Source: an uncultured Arcobacter sp.
GTDB lineage: Bacteria > Campylobacterota > Campylobacteria > Campylobacterales > Arcobacteraceae
Reading direction: 5' to 3'
NCBI GenBank assembly: GCA_965140705.1
Contig: OZ223300.1
Span: 1,312,001 to 1,376,000 of the forward strand
Length of the DNA stretch: 64,000 bases
In this document: positions 9,941 through 19,006 of the stretch, one piece after another
Layout of the letters: each line of letters opens with the position of its first letter
Position numbering within the stretch: the stretch's first letter is position 1
Translations under genes and position numbers: made by a program
Notes under the pieces: generated by a model
What the model saw: only the letters and a program-made list of their open reading frames with translations
The model's database searches: none
Told to the model about the DNA's origin: nothing

Positions 9941-10652
9941 TTTTAAAAGGGTTGAAAGAATGACTCCAATCATGCGAATAATACATTGGACAAATGCTAT
10001 TTGTATGATTGTTGCAGTTGCAACCGGGCTATATATTGGTCATCCTTATTATCAAACATTTATAGCAGATCCTGCTGTTGATAAATATGTTATGGCATGG
10101 AATAGATGGGGACACTTTATCGTGGCAATTATCTTTGATGTAACAGCTATTTTAATTGGTTATTTATATCTTTTCTCTAGATTTGAAAAACCATATAGAA
10201 AGATTTTACCAACAAAGAAAAACTTTATAGAATTTTGTGAAGTATTTTTTAATCTTATAACTTTTAATAGAAGGAAAAAGTTTGATTCAACATATAGTGA
10301 TAGTTACAATATTATGTTTTTTACACTTTTTCATATATTATTAGTGTTTATGCTTTTAACAGGACTTCAAATGTATGTTCAAGGTTTAGAGTCAGGTCAA
10401 AGTTCAATTGGAGCTTGGTGGCCATGGCTTTTACATTTTTCTACTGATTGGACTCTTTGGGTATTTGGTGGAAATATGGGAGTTAGAATTGCACATCATA
10501 CAGCAATGTATCTTTTATTGATGTGGGTTTTTTCTCATATTTATTATCAAATTTGGAGAACAATCTTCTGGAGAGAAGGTGACATGAATATTGTATTTGG
10601 TGGAACAAAATTCATAAATGACAAAGTCAACGCTAAAAATCTAGAAAAATAG
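9933..10652 (+). CDS. hydC: Hydrogenase cytochrome b subunit, module 1
   Basis: Four TM helices with conserved His (IIHW, WGH, AHH, SHIY); probable GTG start at 9933 overlapping the hydB stop. Confidence 0.9.
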   Translation: MRNFKRVERMTPIMRIIHWTNAICMIVAVATGLYIGHPYYQTFIADPAVDKYVMAWNRWGHFIVAIIFDVTAILIGYLYLFSRFEKPYRKILPTKKNFIEFCEVFFNLITFNRRKKFDSTYSDSYNIMFFTLFHILLVFMLLTGLQMYVQGLESGQSSIGAWWPWLLHFSTDWTLWVFGGNMGVRIAHHTAMYLLLMWVFSHIYYQIWRTIFWREGDMNIVFGGTKFINDKVNAKNLEK

Positions 10653-10681
10653 AAGTTATGAGCTATGCTCATAACTTCTAT
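10649..10681 (+). terminator. Long intra-operon hairpin (terminator or mRNA-stability element)
   Basis: ATAGAAGTTATGAGC-tat-GCTCATAACTTCTAT, 15-bp perfect stem, no clear U-tract. Confidence 0.65.
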
Positions 10682-10756
10682 CACTTATATAATAATATAT
10701 CCACAAGTAAAAGTTGTTTTGTTTTTGAATGTATTAAATAAATATGAAGGTTATAT

Positions 10757-11332
10757 ATGAAAAATATTGTAATAGGTGTTGGAAATTTACTTTTCAAAGA
10801 TGAGGGAGTAGGTATCTTAGCTGCTAAATATTTAGAAGAGAATTATAAATTTGAAGGTGATATAGAGATTATTGATGGGGGAACATTAGGTTTTAAACTT
10901 ATGACTTATTTTCAAGAGTATGATAATGTAATTATTTTAGATACAGTATCAATTGAAGATAAAGTAGGGGATATTTATAGACTTCCATCTGATGTTTTAT
11001 TGGGACTTGGTCAGTATAGAAAAACAGCCCATGAAGTTGAGATTGTAGAGATGTTAGAGATATGTTCTGTTTTAGATAAACATGCAGAAGTAACAATAAT
11101 CGGAATTATCCCTGAAGATATTGTTAGTGTTCAAATTGGGCTTACAAAAACTATTGAAGGTAAGTTTATGGGACTAATTAATCAGGCTATTATTGATATT
11201 GAAAACTTAGGAATAAAAGTAGAAAAAAATGATGAGCAAAAATCAATAGCTCAAATTTGTAAAGGACTTTTAGGTTCATATAATGATGAATATGATGAGA
11301 GAATACCAAATGATGAGGATACAACAAGATGA
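10757..11332 (+). CDS. hydD: Hydrogenase maturation endopeptidase, module 1
   Basis: GVGNLLFKDEGVG, DGGT, TAHE motifs. Confidence 0.93.
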   Translation: MKNIVIGVGNLLFKDEGVGILAAKYLEENYKFEGDIEIIDGGTLGFKLMTYFQEYDNVIILDTVSIEDKVGDIYRLPSDVLLGLGQYRKTAHEVEIVEMLEICSVLDKHAEVTIIGIIPEDIVSVQIGLTKTIEGKFMGLINQAIIDIENLGIKVEKNDEQKSIAQICKGLLGSYNDEYDERIPNDEDTTR

Positions 11333-12873
11333 AACTATTTTATAAAATAGAGTTCAACAGTACAAACTTATATTATAAACATATTTTAGAAAATTTAATA
11401 AAAGATTATGATATTAATGCAGATGTGAAACAATATATTGGTTTTATCCTAATTATATGTAATGATAGTGAAGAAAAGATTGAAGGCTTTTTCAAATATT
11501 TGGGTGAAACTTTGCCTCTATCCGTATTTTTGAAAAATTCATATGTTGTTAATGAGTTTGATGACTCATTAGAAGAGATTGAAGATAAAAATATACTTCA
11601 AAATGTTCTCACTTTTACTAATAATGATATTCTAAATATAATAAATGAAAATACCAATATTGATTTTTCAAATGATATTAAAAGAATAAAAGAGGGAAAA
11701 GTCTCTAAAATAGAGACACATAATGGACTAAAAAATATATTTTTACCTTCAAAAACTTTAAGAGAGGAGTTTGAATCTAAAAACAATGAAGTAAAACTTT
11801 TTATTTGCAATATAAATAAATTGTCACAACTGTTTTCTCTAAGTCAAAAGGATTTACAACTTCTTTGTTCTATTGAAAGACCTTTGGTAAAATTAAAATT
11901 TAATATTCTAGAAAATAAAGAAAAAGAGTACTCAAAGACTAATTTTATATATGCTAAACTTCCAGATGATAAAGAGACTATACTTTTTGCAAATGCCTTG
12001 CAAAAAGAAGGCATTGATTATTTACTTTATGTAAAAGAAGAGAGTCTACAAGATGGACTTAAAGTTACTTATTTCAATAACCAAAATATAATAGTAAGTG
12101 GTGAAAAATCTCTATTCCCAAAATATGATTATACCTTAAATAAAAAATATAATAATTCTACAGAGTTTTTTGATGATAATGGAGGAGTTATAAAAGCTAC
12201 ACTTGCAACAAATAATAAAAGAATAAAACCAAGTGTCTCTATTTATTTTTCATATAATAGTGATAATAGTTCTATTTCATTAAATATTCCAGGAAAAGGA
12301 TTAAAAGATATTATTGAAATCCCAAATATTATTTATGATATTGATAACGCAATGGAAGAGATATCTTTAATTGATGAAAATACAGCTAGATTGATAGTAA
12401 ACTATAAAAATAAATTTTCACAAAATTTTAATAAAGAGTTTAGAAATAAAGATATAAATGGCTTTGAAGCAATCTTAAATCTTACATCTTATCTACTTGG
12501 ATTAGAAGATTATTTAGATTTTGAAAATGCAGCTTTTAACTGTGGTGTTAAAAGTGGAATTCAAATTGATATGAAACTAATAAAGATTGATAATATAAAT
12601 TATTTGGACTATAGACGGATTATTCAAAGCATAATGAGTTATAAAATGGCAGATGTACCAAATGAAATATTAGCTTATTCTTTCTATGAGAGTTTAAGTG
12701 AATTTATTATTAATCAAGTAGATACACTCAAAAAAGAGTTAAATTTTAATGATGTTATTTTATGTGGAAATATGTTTGAAAATTCTCTTCTTTTAGATAA
12801 GTCTCATAAAACTTTGTCTAAAACAATTAACATAATTATTCCTAAAGAATATCCTTTAGATATGGACTTTTAA
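11329..12873 (+). CDS. hydE: HydE-like hydrogenase accessory protein (degenerate HypF-like), module 1
   Basis: Position after hydD; SIERPLV and VILCGNMFENSLL segments resembling the second copy and the HypF C-terminus. Confidence 0.65.
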   Translation: MKLFYKIEFNSTNLYYKHILENLIKDYDINADVKQYIGFILIICNDSEEKIEGFFKYLGETLPLSVFLKNSYVVNEFDDSLEEIEDKNILQNVLTFTNNDILNIINENTNIDFSNDIKRIKEGKVSKIETHNGLKNIFLPSKTLREEFESKNNEVKLFICNINKLSQLFSLSQKDLQLLCSIERPLVKLKFNILENKEKEYSKTNFIYAKLPDDKETILFANALQKEGIDYLLYVKEESLQDGLKVTYFNNQNIIVSGEKSLFPKYDYTLNKKYNNSTEFFDDNGGVIKATLATNNKRIKPSVSIYFSYNSDNSSISLNIPGKGLKDIIEIPNIIYDIDNAMEEISLIDENTARLIVNYKNKFSQNFNKEFRNKDINGFEAILNLTSYLLGLEDYLDFENAAFNCGVKSGIQIDMKLIKIDNINYLDYRRIIQSIMSYKMADVPNEILAYSFYESLSEFIINQVDTLKKELNFNDVILCGNMFENSLLLDKSHKTLSKTINIIIPKEYPLDMDF

Positions 12874-12947
12874 AATATTATTTTTTTTAAAAGTACCAAT
12901 AAGTAACATATGACCAAAATAATTTTCTAAAATTAAATTTTATTATA

Positions 12948-12983
12948 AAGTTAAGATTAAGTTAAGATTTTTATTTGTACTAT
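12948..12983 (+). promoter_or_regulatory. Putative hydA2 promoter
   Basis: Tandem AAGTTAAGATT x2 (12948-12969) followed by TACTAT (12978-12983). Confidence 0.5.
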
Positions 12984-12991
12984 TTCTCATA

Positions 12992-13005
12992 TGAACAGTC
13001 GTTCA
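12992..13005. promoter_or_regulatory. Putative TetR operator, copy 4
   Basis: TGAACAGTCGTTCA, 8 bp after TACTAT. Confidence 0.6.
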
Positions 13006-13030
13006 TTAAAATAATAAAAGATTTAAAGTT

Positions 13031-13063
13031 AAAAACCAACTTCTTTTTGAAGCTGGTTTTTTT
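13031..13063 (+). terminator. Terminator-like hairpin 1 in the hydA2 leader
   Basis: AAAAACCAACTTC-ttttt-GAAGCTGGTTTTTTT. Confidence 0.55.
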
Positions 13064-13076
13064 ATTAACTTCAAAA

Positions 13077-13090
13077 TGAATGGTCATTCA
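13077..13090. promoter_or_regulatory. Putative TetR operator, copy 5
   Basis: TGAATG-GT-CATTCA. Confidence 0.62.
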
Positions 13091-13106
13091 CTTTTACTTT
13101 ATTTAT

Positions 13107-13138
13107 ACCAATTTCCTTTTTAAGGAGTTGGTTTTTTT
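13107..13138 (+). terminator. Terminator-like hairpin 2 in the hydA2 leader
   Basis: ACCAATTTCCTT-ttt-AAGGAGTTGGTTTTTTT, similar in sequence to hairpin 1. Confidence 0.55.
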
Positions 13139-13146
13139 ATGCAAAA

Positions 13147-13170
13147 AATAATGAATACTTATTCATTATT
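13147..13170. promoter_or_regulatory. Putative TetR operator, copy 6 (extended palindrome)
   Basis: AATAATGAATA-CT-TATTCATTATT; core at 13152-13165. Confidence 0.65.
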
Positions 13171-13196
13171 TAAATATTTTAATTAAAGGACTAATT

Positions 13197-14360
13197 TTGG
13201 ATATGTCAAAATTATTTAATAAATTATCAAAAAGATTAGAAAGCTTAGAAAAACTTCCTAAATTGAATGATAATAAATCAATCCCAGATGTTTTAGAAGA
13301 AAAAGGGATTAATCGTAGAGATTTCATGAAATGGGCAACTGCAATGACTGCAATGTTAGCTCTTCCTGGGTCATTTACACCATTAGTTGCAAAAGCAGCA
13401 GAATTAAGTGATAGATTACCAATTATATGGCTTCATATGGCTGAGTGTACAGGATGCTCTGAATCACTTTTAAGAACAGATGCTCCTACAATTGATTCCT
13501 TGATTTTTGATTATATTTCTTTAGAGTATCATGAAACACTTATGGCCGCAGCTGGTTGGCAAGCTGAAGGAAATTTAGAAAATGCAATAGAAAAGCATAA
13601 AGGTAAATATATCTTAATGGTTGAAGGTGGAATTCCCCATGGAGAAAGTGCTCACTTTCTAACTATTGGTGGACATGGTAAAACAGGTGAAGAAAATGCA
13701 AAAGCTGCTTGTGAAGATGCAGCTGCAATTTTTGCCATTGGCACATGTTCATCTTTTGGTGGAGTGCAAGCTGCTATTCCCAATCCAACAGGTGCTGTAG
13801 GGCTTTCAAAAATTACAAATAAACCCGTAATTAATGTACCTGGTTGTCCTCCAAGTGAAAAAAATATTGTTGGTACTTTGATGCACTTTATTTTATATGG
13901 TAGTTTACCTGCACTTGATGCATATAATAGACCTAAATGGGCTTATGGAATGCGTATTCATGACTTATGTGAGAGAAGAGGTCACTTTGATGCAGGTGAA
14001 TTTGTAGAAGAGTTTGGAGATGAAGGTGCTAAAAGAGGATATTGCTTATATAAAGTAGGATGTAAAGGTCCATACACTTTTAATAACTGTTCTAAAAATA
14101 AATTTAACTCACATATGTCATGGCCTATACAAGCAGGACATGGATGTATTGGATGTAGTGAGCCAGACTTTTGGGATACTATGGGACCTTTTGAAGAACC
14201 AGTTGCTGATAAATTATATAACACAGTTTTTGGTGGAGGTGGTGCTGATGCTACTGCTGATAAAATCGGTATTGGTTTATTAAGTGTTACAGCAGTTGGT
14301 ATTGCAGCCCATGCAGTAATAGCAAATTTTAAAAATCCAAAAAGTGATGATGAGGAATAA
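13197..14360 (+). CDS. hydA: Membrane-bound [NiFe] hydrogenase small subunit (group 1b), module 2
   Basis: Tat motif NRRDFMK, CTGC, PGCPP, IHDLCERR, GCIGC, TM anchor; start is TTG 13197 or ATG 13203. Confidence 0.94.
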   Translation: MDMSKLFNKLSKRLESLEKLPKLNDNKSIPDVLEEKGINRRDFMKWATAMTAMLALPGSFTPLVAKAAELSDRLPIIWLHMAECTGCSESLLRTDAPTIDSLIFDYISLEYHETLMAAAGWQAEGNLENAIEKHKGKYILMVEGGIPHGESAHFLTIGGHGKTGEENAKAACEDAAAIFAIGTCSSFGGVQAAIPNPTGAVGLSKITNKPVINVPGCPPSEKNIVGTLMHFILYGSLPALDAYNRPKWAYGMRIHDLCERRGHFDAGEFVEEFGDEGAKRGYCLYKVGCKGPYTFNNCSKNKFNSHMSWPIQAGHGCIGCSEPDFWDTMGPFEEPVADKLYNTVFGGGGADATADKIGIGLLSVTAVGIAAHAVIANFKNPKSDDEE

Positions 14361-14362
14361 CA

Positions 14363-16093
14363 ATGGCAAATAAAAGAATAATAGTAGATCCAATTACCAG
14401 AATAGAAGGACATTTAAGAATAGAAGTTGAAATTGATGAGAATAATGTTATTCAAAATGCTTTTGCATCATCTACTTTATGGAGAGGTTTAGAAACAATA
14501 GTTAAAAATAGAGACCCAAGAGATGCTGGATTTTTGATGCAAAGAATTTGTGGAGTATGTACTTTTTCCCACTATCGTGCAGGAATTGAAGCAGTTGAAG
14601 ATGCCCTTAAAATCACTCCTCCTTTAAATGCAAAATTAACTAGAAGTTTGATGAATCAAGCTTTATTTATGCATGATCATTTAGTACATTTTTATCATCT
14701 TCATGGTTTAGATTGGGTTGATATAACTTCTGCTTTAAAAGCGGATGTTGCAAAAGCTAGTAAAGAGGCTTTTAAATATACAAAATATCCAATTGCAACA
14801 GGTGAAAATGACTTATTAAAAGTAAAAGATAGAGTAAAAGAGTTTGCTGCGAGGGGAGAACTTGGACCATTTGCAAATGCATATTGGGGACATGAAACAT
14901 TTAGATTAACTCCTGAGCAAAACTTAATAGCTTTAAGCCATTATTTAAAAGCTTTAGAAGTGCAAAGAACAGCAGCTCAACTTATGGCAATGTTTGGTGG
15001 TAAACAACCACATCCACAAAGTTTAACAGTAGGTGGGGTTACTTGTGTAATGGATTTATTAGATCCATCAAGAATGAGTGAATATTTAACAAAATATAAA
15101 GAAGTTGTAAACTTCATTGAACATGCTTATTATGCTGATATTTTAATGGCAGGAGAAGCTTATGCCAAAGAGCCAAGTGTTACGGCAAAAGCTGGAACTA
15201 TGAACTTTATGTCCCATAAAGAGATGCAATTAAATAGAAGTGAATTTCTTTTTGATACGGGAATTATTTTAAATGGTGATTTATCAAAAGTTCATCCTAT
15301 TAATGAAGATTTGATAACAGAAGAAGCAACACACTCTTGGTATAAAGATGATGAACCATTACACCCTTATGATGGTAAAACAAATCCAAACTATACTGGT
15401 ATGAGTGAAGCAATGACAATTGGTGCAGAGGGTAAAGAGGTACATTCAAAAGTTATTGATGAAAAAGGAAAATACTCTTGGATAAAATCACCTAGATATG
15501 ATGGAAAAGCTATGGAAGTTGGACCTTTAGCCTCTGTTTTAGTTTCATATGCAAGTGGGAATAAAAGAATAGTTAAAATTGTAGATGAATTTTTAAAACA
15601 AACAGGACTTCCAACGGAAGCTTTATTTACTACTTTAGGAAGAACAGCTGCGAGAGCTTTACAAGTAAAAGCTATCATTGAAAATGGTTTAGAGACATTT
15701 AATACTTTAATTGAAAATTTAAAAGTCGACCAAGAAACATATACAACTTATAAAATTGATAAAGATAAAGAGTATAAAGGTAGATTTATAGGCGATGTTC
15801 CAAGGGGAATGTTAAGCCATTGGATAAGAATCAAAAATGGAGTAGTTGAAAACTATCAAGCAGTTGTTCCTTCAACTTGGAATGCGGGTCCTGAAGACTC
15901 AACTGGACTAAAAGGACCTTATGAATCAAATCTTATTGGATTAAAAGTAAAAGATATAACACAACCATTAGAGATAATTAGAGTAATTCATAGTTTTGAT
16001 CCTTGTATTGCTTGTGCAGTTCATGTAATGGATAAAAAAGGCAATGAACTAGGAAGTTATAAAGTAGATCCAACTTATGGCACATCGTGTTAA
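14363..16093 (+). CDS. hydB: Membrane-bound [NiFe] hydrogenase large subunit, module 2
   Basis: DPITRIEGHL, QRICGVCTFSH, DPCIACAVH plus extension. Confidence 0.95.
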   Translation: MANKRIIVDPITRIEGHLRIEVEIDENNVIQNAFASSTLWRGLETIVKNRDPRDAGFLMQRICGVCTFSHYRAGIEAVEDALKITPPLNAKLTRSLMNQALFMHDHLVHFYHLHGLDWVDITSALKADVAKASKEAFKYTKYPIATGENDLLKVKDRVKEFAARGELGPFANAYWGHETFRLTPEQNLIALSHYLKALEVQRTAAQLMAMFGGKQPHPQSLTVGGVTCVMDLLDPSRMSEYLTKYKEVVNFIEHAYYADILMAGEAYAKEPSVTAKAGTMNFMSHKEMQLNRSEFLFDTGIILNGDLSKVHPINEDLITEEATHSWYKDDEPLHPYDGKTNPNYTGMSEAMTIGAEGKEVHSKVIDEKGKYSWIKSPRYDGKAMEVGPLASVLVSYASGNKRIVKIVDEFLKQTGLPTEALFTTLGRTAARALQVKAIIENGLETFNTLIENLKVDQETYTTYKIDKDKEYKGRFIGDVPRGMLSHWIRIKNGVVENYQAVVPSTWNAGPEDSTGLKGPYESNLIGLKVKDITQPLEIIRVIHSFDPCIACAVHVMDKKGNELGSYKVDPTYGTSC

Positions 16094-16105
16094 AAAGGCT
16101 AAAAA

Positions 16106-16795
16106 ATGATTGAAAGAAAATACGAATTTTCTGGTGTACTAAGATTAAATCACTGGATTAGGGTGGTTACTTTATTGATATTAGTTGTGACAGGTTTTTA
16201 TCTTGCTAAACCATTTTTAACACCATTTGTTACAAATGAACCAGTGAATTTTATGAATGCATTATGGAGATTTTGGCATTTAGTTTTTGGTTTTGTGTTG
16301 ATTGGAACAACTATATTCAAAATATATTTATTTATATTTGATAGGCAAAGTAGAAATGAAAGGGTTTCATTTTTCGATTTTATTAGTCCAAGAATATGGA
16401 TTCAACAAATTAAATATTATATGTTAATTGGTACCCATCCTGAGGGAAGAGGGATTTATAATCCTTTACAATTTATAGCTTATTTTATGGTATTTGTGAC
16501 GCTATTTTTAGTTTCACTTACGGGATTAATACTTTATATGCATGTTTATCATGATGGTTTAGCTGGATTACTTTTCCCAATATTAAGACCAATTGAGGTT
16601 CTTATGGGCGGATTGGCCAATGTTAGAGAACTACACCATCTTACTATGTGGATATTTTTGATTTTTATTCCTATTCATATTTATATGGCAGTATTTAACT
16701 CTGTATATGGGAAAAGTGGTTCTATGGATACTATTTTCAGTGGATATAGTTGGCATAAAAAACATGAGAAAAAAGAGGGAAAAACAAAAAAATGA
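16106..16795 (+). CDS. hydC: Hydrogenase cytochrome b subunit, module 2
   Basis: RLNHW, RFWH, YNPLQ, RELHH, PIHIY. Confidence 0.93.
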   Translation: MIERKYEFSGVLRLNHWIRVVTLLILVVTGFYLAKPFLTPFVTNEPVNFMNALWRFWHLVFGFVLIGTTIFKIYLFIFDRQSRNERVSFFDFISPRIWIQQIKYYMLIGTHPEGRGIYNPLQFIAYFMVFVTLFLVSLTGLILYMHVYHDGLAGLLFPILRPIEVLMGGLANVRELHHLTMWIFLIFIPIHIYMAVFNSVYGKSGSMDTIFSGYSWHKKHEKKEGKTKK

Positions 16796-17355
16796 ATATA
16801 TTGATATTAGGAATAGGAAATATTCTTTTTCAAGATGAGGGAATAGGTGCACATTTTGTGCACTATTTAGATGAAAAATATACATTTAAATCAAAAAAGT
16901 CAAAAGTTACAATTATAGATGGTGGAACTTTAGCCCAAAGATTGATTCCTGAAATTATAAAATATGATGAAGTAGTTATAGTTGATTGTATTGATGCAAA
17001 TGATGCAAAAGCAGGAGATGTGTACTTTTTTGATTATAATGCTATGCCAAATTGTGTTAATTGGCAAGGAAGTGCCCATGAAGTGGAGATGCTTCAAACA
17101 CTTAAAATGATAGATATGAATCAAGATTTACCCTTTACTAAAATACTTGGAGTTATTCCAAAAAGAGTTTCAGATGATACTACTTTTGAATTAAGTGAAG
17201 AGATTCAATCTTCAATTATAACTATGGAAAATAGTATTAGAAACCATTTAAAACTATTTGATGTGGAAATGTGCATAAAAAAAGGTGATACTTTTATCAC
17301 TAATATTGCAGAAATAAGTTATAAAAGGGACATTTTAAATGGTCCTTATTTATAA
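16792..17355 (+). CDS. hydD: Hydrogenase maturation endopeptidase, module 2
   Basis: GIGNILFQDEGIG, DGGT, SAHE. Confidence 0.93.
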   Translation: MNILILGIGNILFQDEGIGAHFVHYLDEKYTFKSKKSKVTIIDGGTLAQRLIPEIIKYDEVVIVDCIDANDAKAGDVYFFDYNAMPNCVNWQGSAHEVEMLQTLKMIDMNQDLPFTKILGVIPKRVSDDTTFELSEEIQSSIITMENSIRNHLKLFDVEMCIKKGDTFITNIAEISYKRDILNGPYL

Positions 17356-18997
17356 ATTTGAATATTTTTCAAATAATTTTTCTTTTATTCATAATATAAA
17401 GGCATGTTTAAAAGATTTTGAGATTAATTATAAAATCTCAAAATCTCAAAATCATATAAATTTATTTGTGGAAAGTACAAAAGAGACACTTGATGAATTT
17501 TCTAATATTTTATCAACATTTCTTCCTATGTCTATTTTTCTAAAAAATGTGGAAGTAAAAAGCCTTGATGAGTTCCCCAATTTCCCTGATATTAACTATT
17601 TGGATTCTTCTTCTTTAACTTTTTGTACTAAATGCTTAAAAGCAGTAGAAGAAAAAGGTAATAAAAACTATTATAATCCTTTTATTTTTTGTGAAGATTG
17701 TGGGCAAGATTTACAAGCAAAAGGTTTAATTTTATTTAATGGAAAAAAAGAGATAAAAAAATCAAATTATATTGAGTATTTTGAATATACCTCTAAACTT
17801 ATAAATGATGGTAAAAGAGTAAAAATCAAAACCTTAAGTGGTGAATTTGTTTTTTCAAAACTTGACTCAATAGATAAAAATAAAAAAGATAATATAAAGT
17901 TATTATGTACGGATTTAAATAGTATTTCAGATGTTCTCGTTGCCTCTAAACAAGAGATAATAGCCTTAGCATCAATTGAAAAACCAAGTATAAATTTTAA
18001 AATAAATGAAGTATTTAAGGCTAAAAATATTTTACAAAATGAAAATATTGATGTTAGATATGCCAATGATATGATTTTGTATTTATTATGTTTAGAATTA
18101 GAGAAATATAATATTAAGTTTTTGGCATATTGGCAAAGTGATTCTTTTGATTCCTCTTTAACTTTTATTAGTAGTGCTTTATATAAAAAGATTGAGATTC
18201 CTAAAATTAGTATTTTAGATAATGGACAAGTGCTAGTGTTAAAATCAAAAAATTATGATAAAAGTTTAGATGATGTGTATAAAGAATTTTCTGAAAAGAA
18301 TAAGTCCCAATTTATGGTTTTGTTAAGTGAAAACTATTTATTTGAAAAAACTATTTTAAATAGTTATGCAAGTACAAAGCATGAAGATGGTTTGACACTT
18401 TATTCTAAAAAAATAGATGGAATGATAGATATTTTTAAATATGAGTTACCAACTAGTATGAGTGAATTATTTAATGAAATAAAAAGAGATGCTATTGGAG
18501 CAAAACTTATTTCTAATTATGAAAACTCTTTTCCAGATATTTATAAAAATGCACTTAGTTTTGACTTATCTTCTATAAGCGAAAACTCTATTTATAGTAT
18601 ATGGGAAATAGTATCAGTAATTTTAGGTTTTGATAAGAGTGTATTAAATGGTGCACATAGTGCATTGCTTGATAAAGGTCCTAGAATAGATTATAAATTA
18701 GATGAAAGTGATAAAATATATAAAAGAAGATTTAATATTTTTAAATTGATACAAAGTGGTATTAGTTATAAACTAGCTGGAACAAATGACAATCTTATTT
18801 GTTTGGGATATGTGGAAAGCTTTGCACACTTTATCTCTTCTTGTGTTGATATGGTAAATGATGAAATGAAACTTGATGGAATAAGTCTTTGTGGAGATTT
18901 ATTTGCCGATAAACTTATTTCTAATTTTATACATAAAAGCATTACAAAAAATTATAAAATATATTATAATAAGGACTTTCCTATACAAATTGATTAA
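17339..18997 (+). CDS. hydE: HydE-like hydrogenase accessory protein, module 2
   Basis: After hydD; CTKC...CEDC pair, LASIEKP, ISLCGDLF. Confidence 0.7.
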   Translation: MVLIYKFEYFSNNFSFIHNIKACLKDFEINYKISKSQNHINLFVESTKETLDEFSNILSTFLPMSIFLKNVEVKSLDEFPNFPDINYLDSSSLTFCTKCLKAVEEKGNKNYYNPFIFCEDCGQDLQAKGLILFNGKKEIKKSNYIEYFEYTSKLINDGKRVKIKTLSGEFVFSKLDSIDKNKKDNIKLLCTDLNSISDVLVASKQEIIALASIEKPSINFKINEVFKAKNILQNENIDVRYANDMILYLLCLELEKYNIKFLAYWQSDSFDSSLTFISSALYKKIEIPKISILDNGQVLVLKSKNYDKSLDDVYKEFSEKNKSQFMVLLSENYLFEKTILNSYASTKHEDGLTLYSKKIDGMIDIFKYELPTSMSELFNEIKRDAIGAKLISNYENSFPDIYKNALSFDLSSISENSIYSIWEIVSVILGFDKSVLNGAHSALLDKGPRIDYKLDESDKIYKRRFNIFKLIQSGISYKLAGTNDNLICLGYVESFAHFISSCVDMVNDEMKLDGISLCGDLFADKLISNFIHKSITKNYKIYYNKDFPIQID

Positions 18998-19006
18998 AGA
19001 GTGTGA

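Noticed and set aside
12992..13170. Repeat/spacer-like periodicity suggesting a mini CRISPR array
   Set aside because: The repeats are only 14-bp degenerate palindromes, the intervening segments resemble each other instead of being unique spacers, and no cas genes are in the window.
13982..14413. 143-aa minus-strand ORF (and a similar one at 7739-7945)
   Set aside because: Antisense shadows of conserved hydA codons; their similarity simply reflects hydA paralogy.
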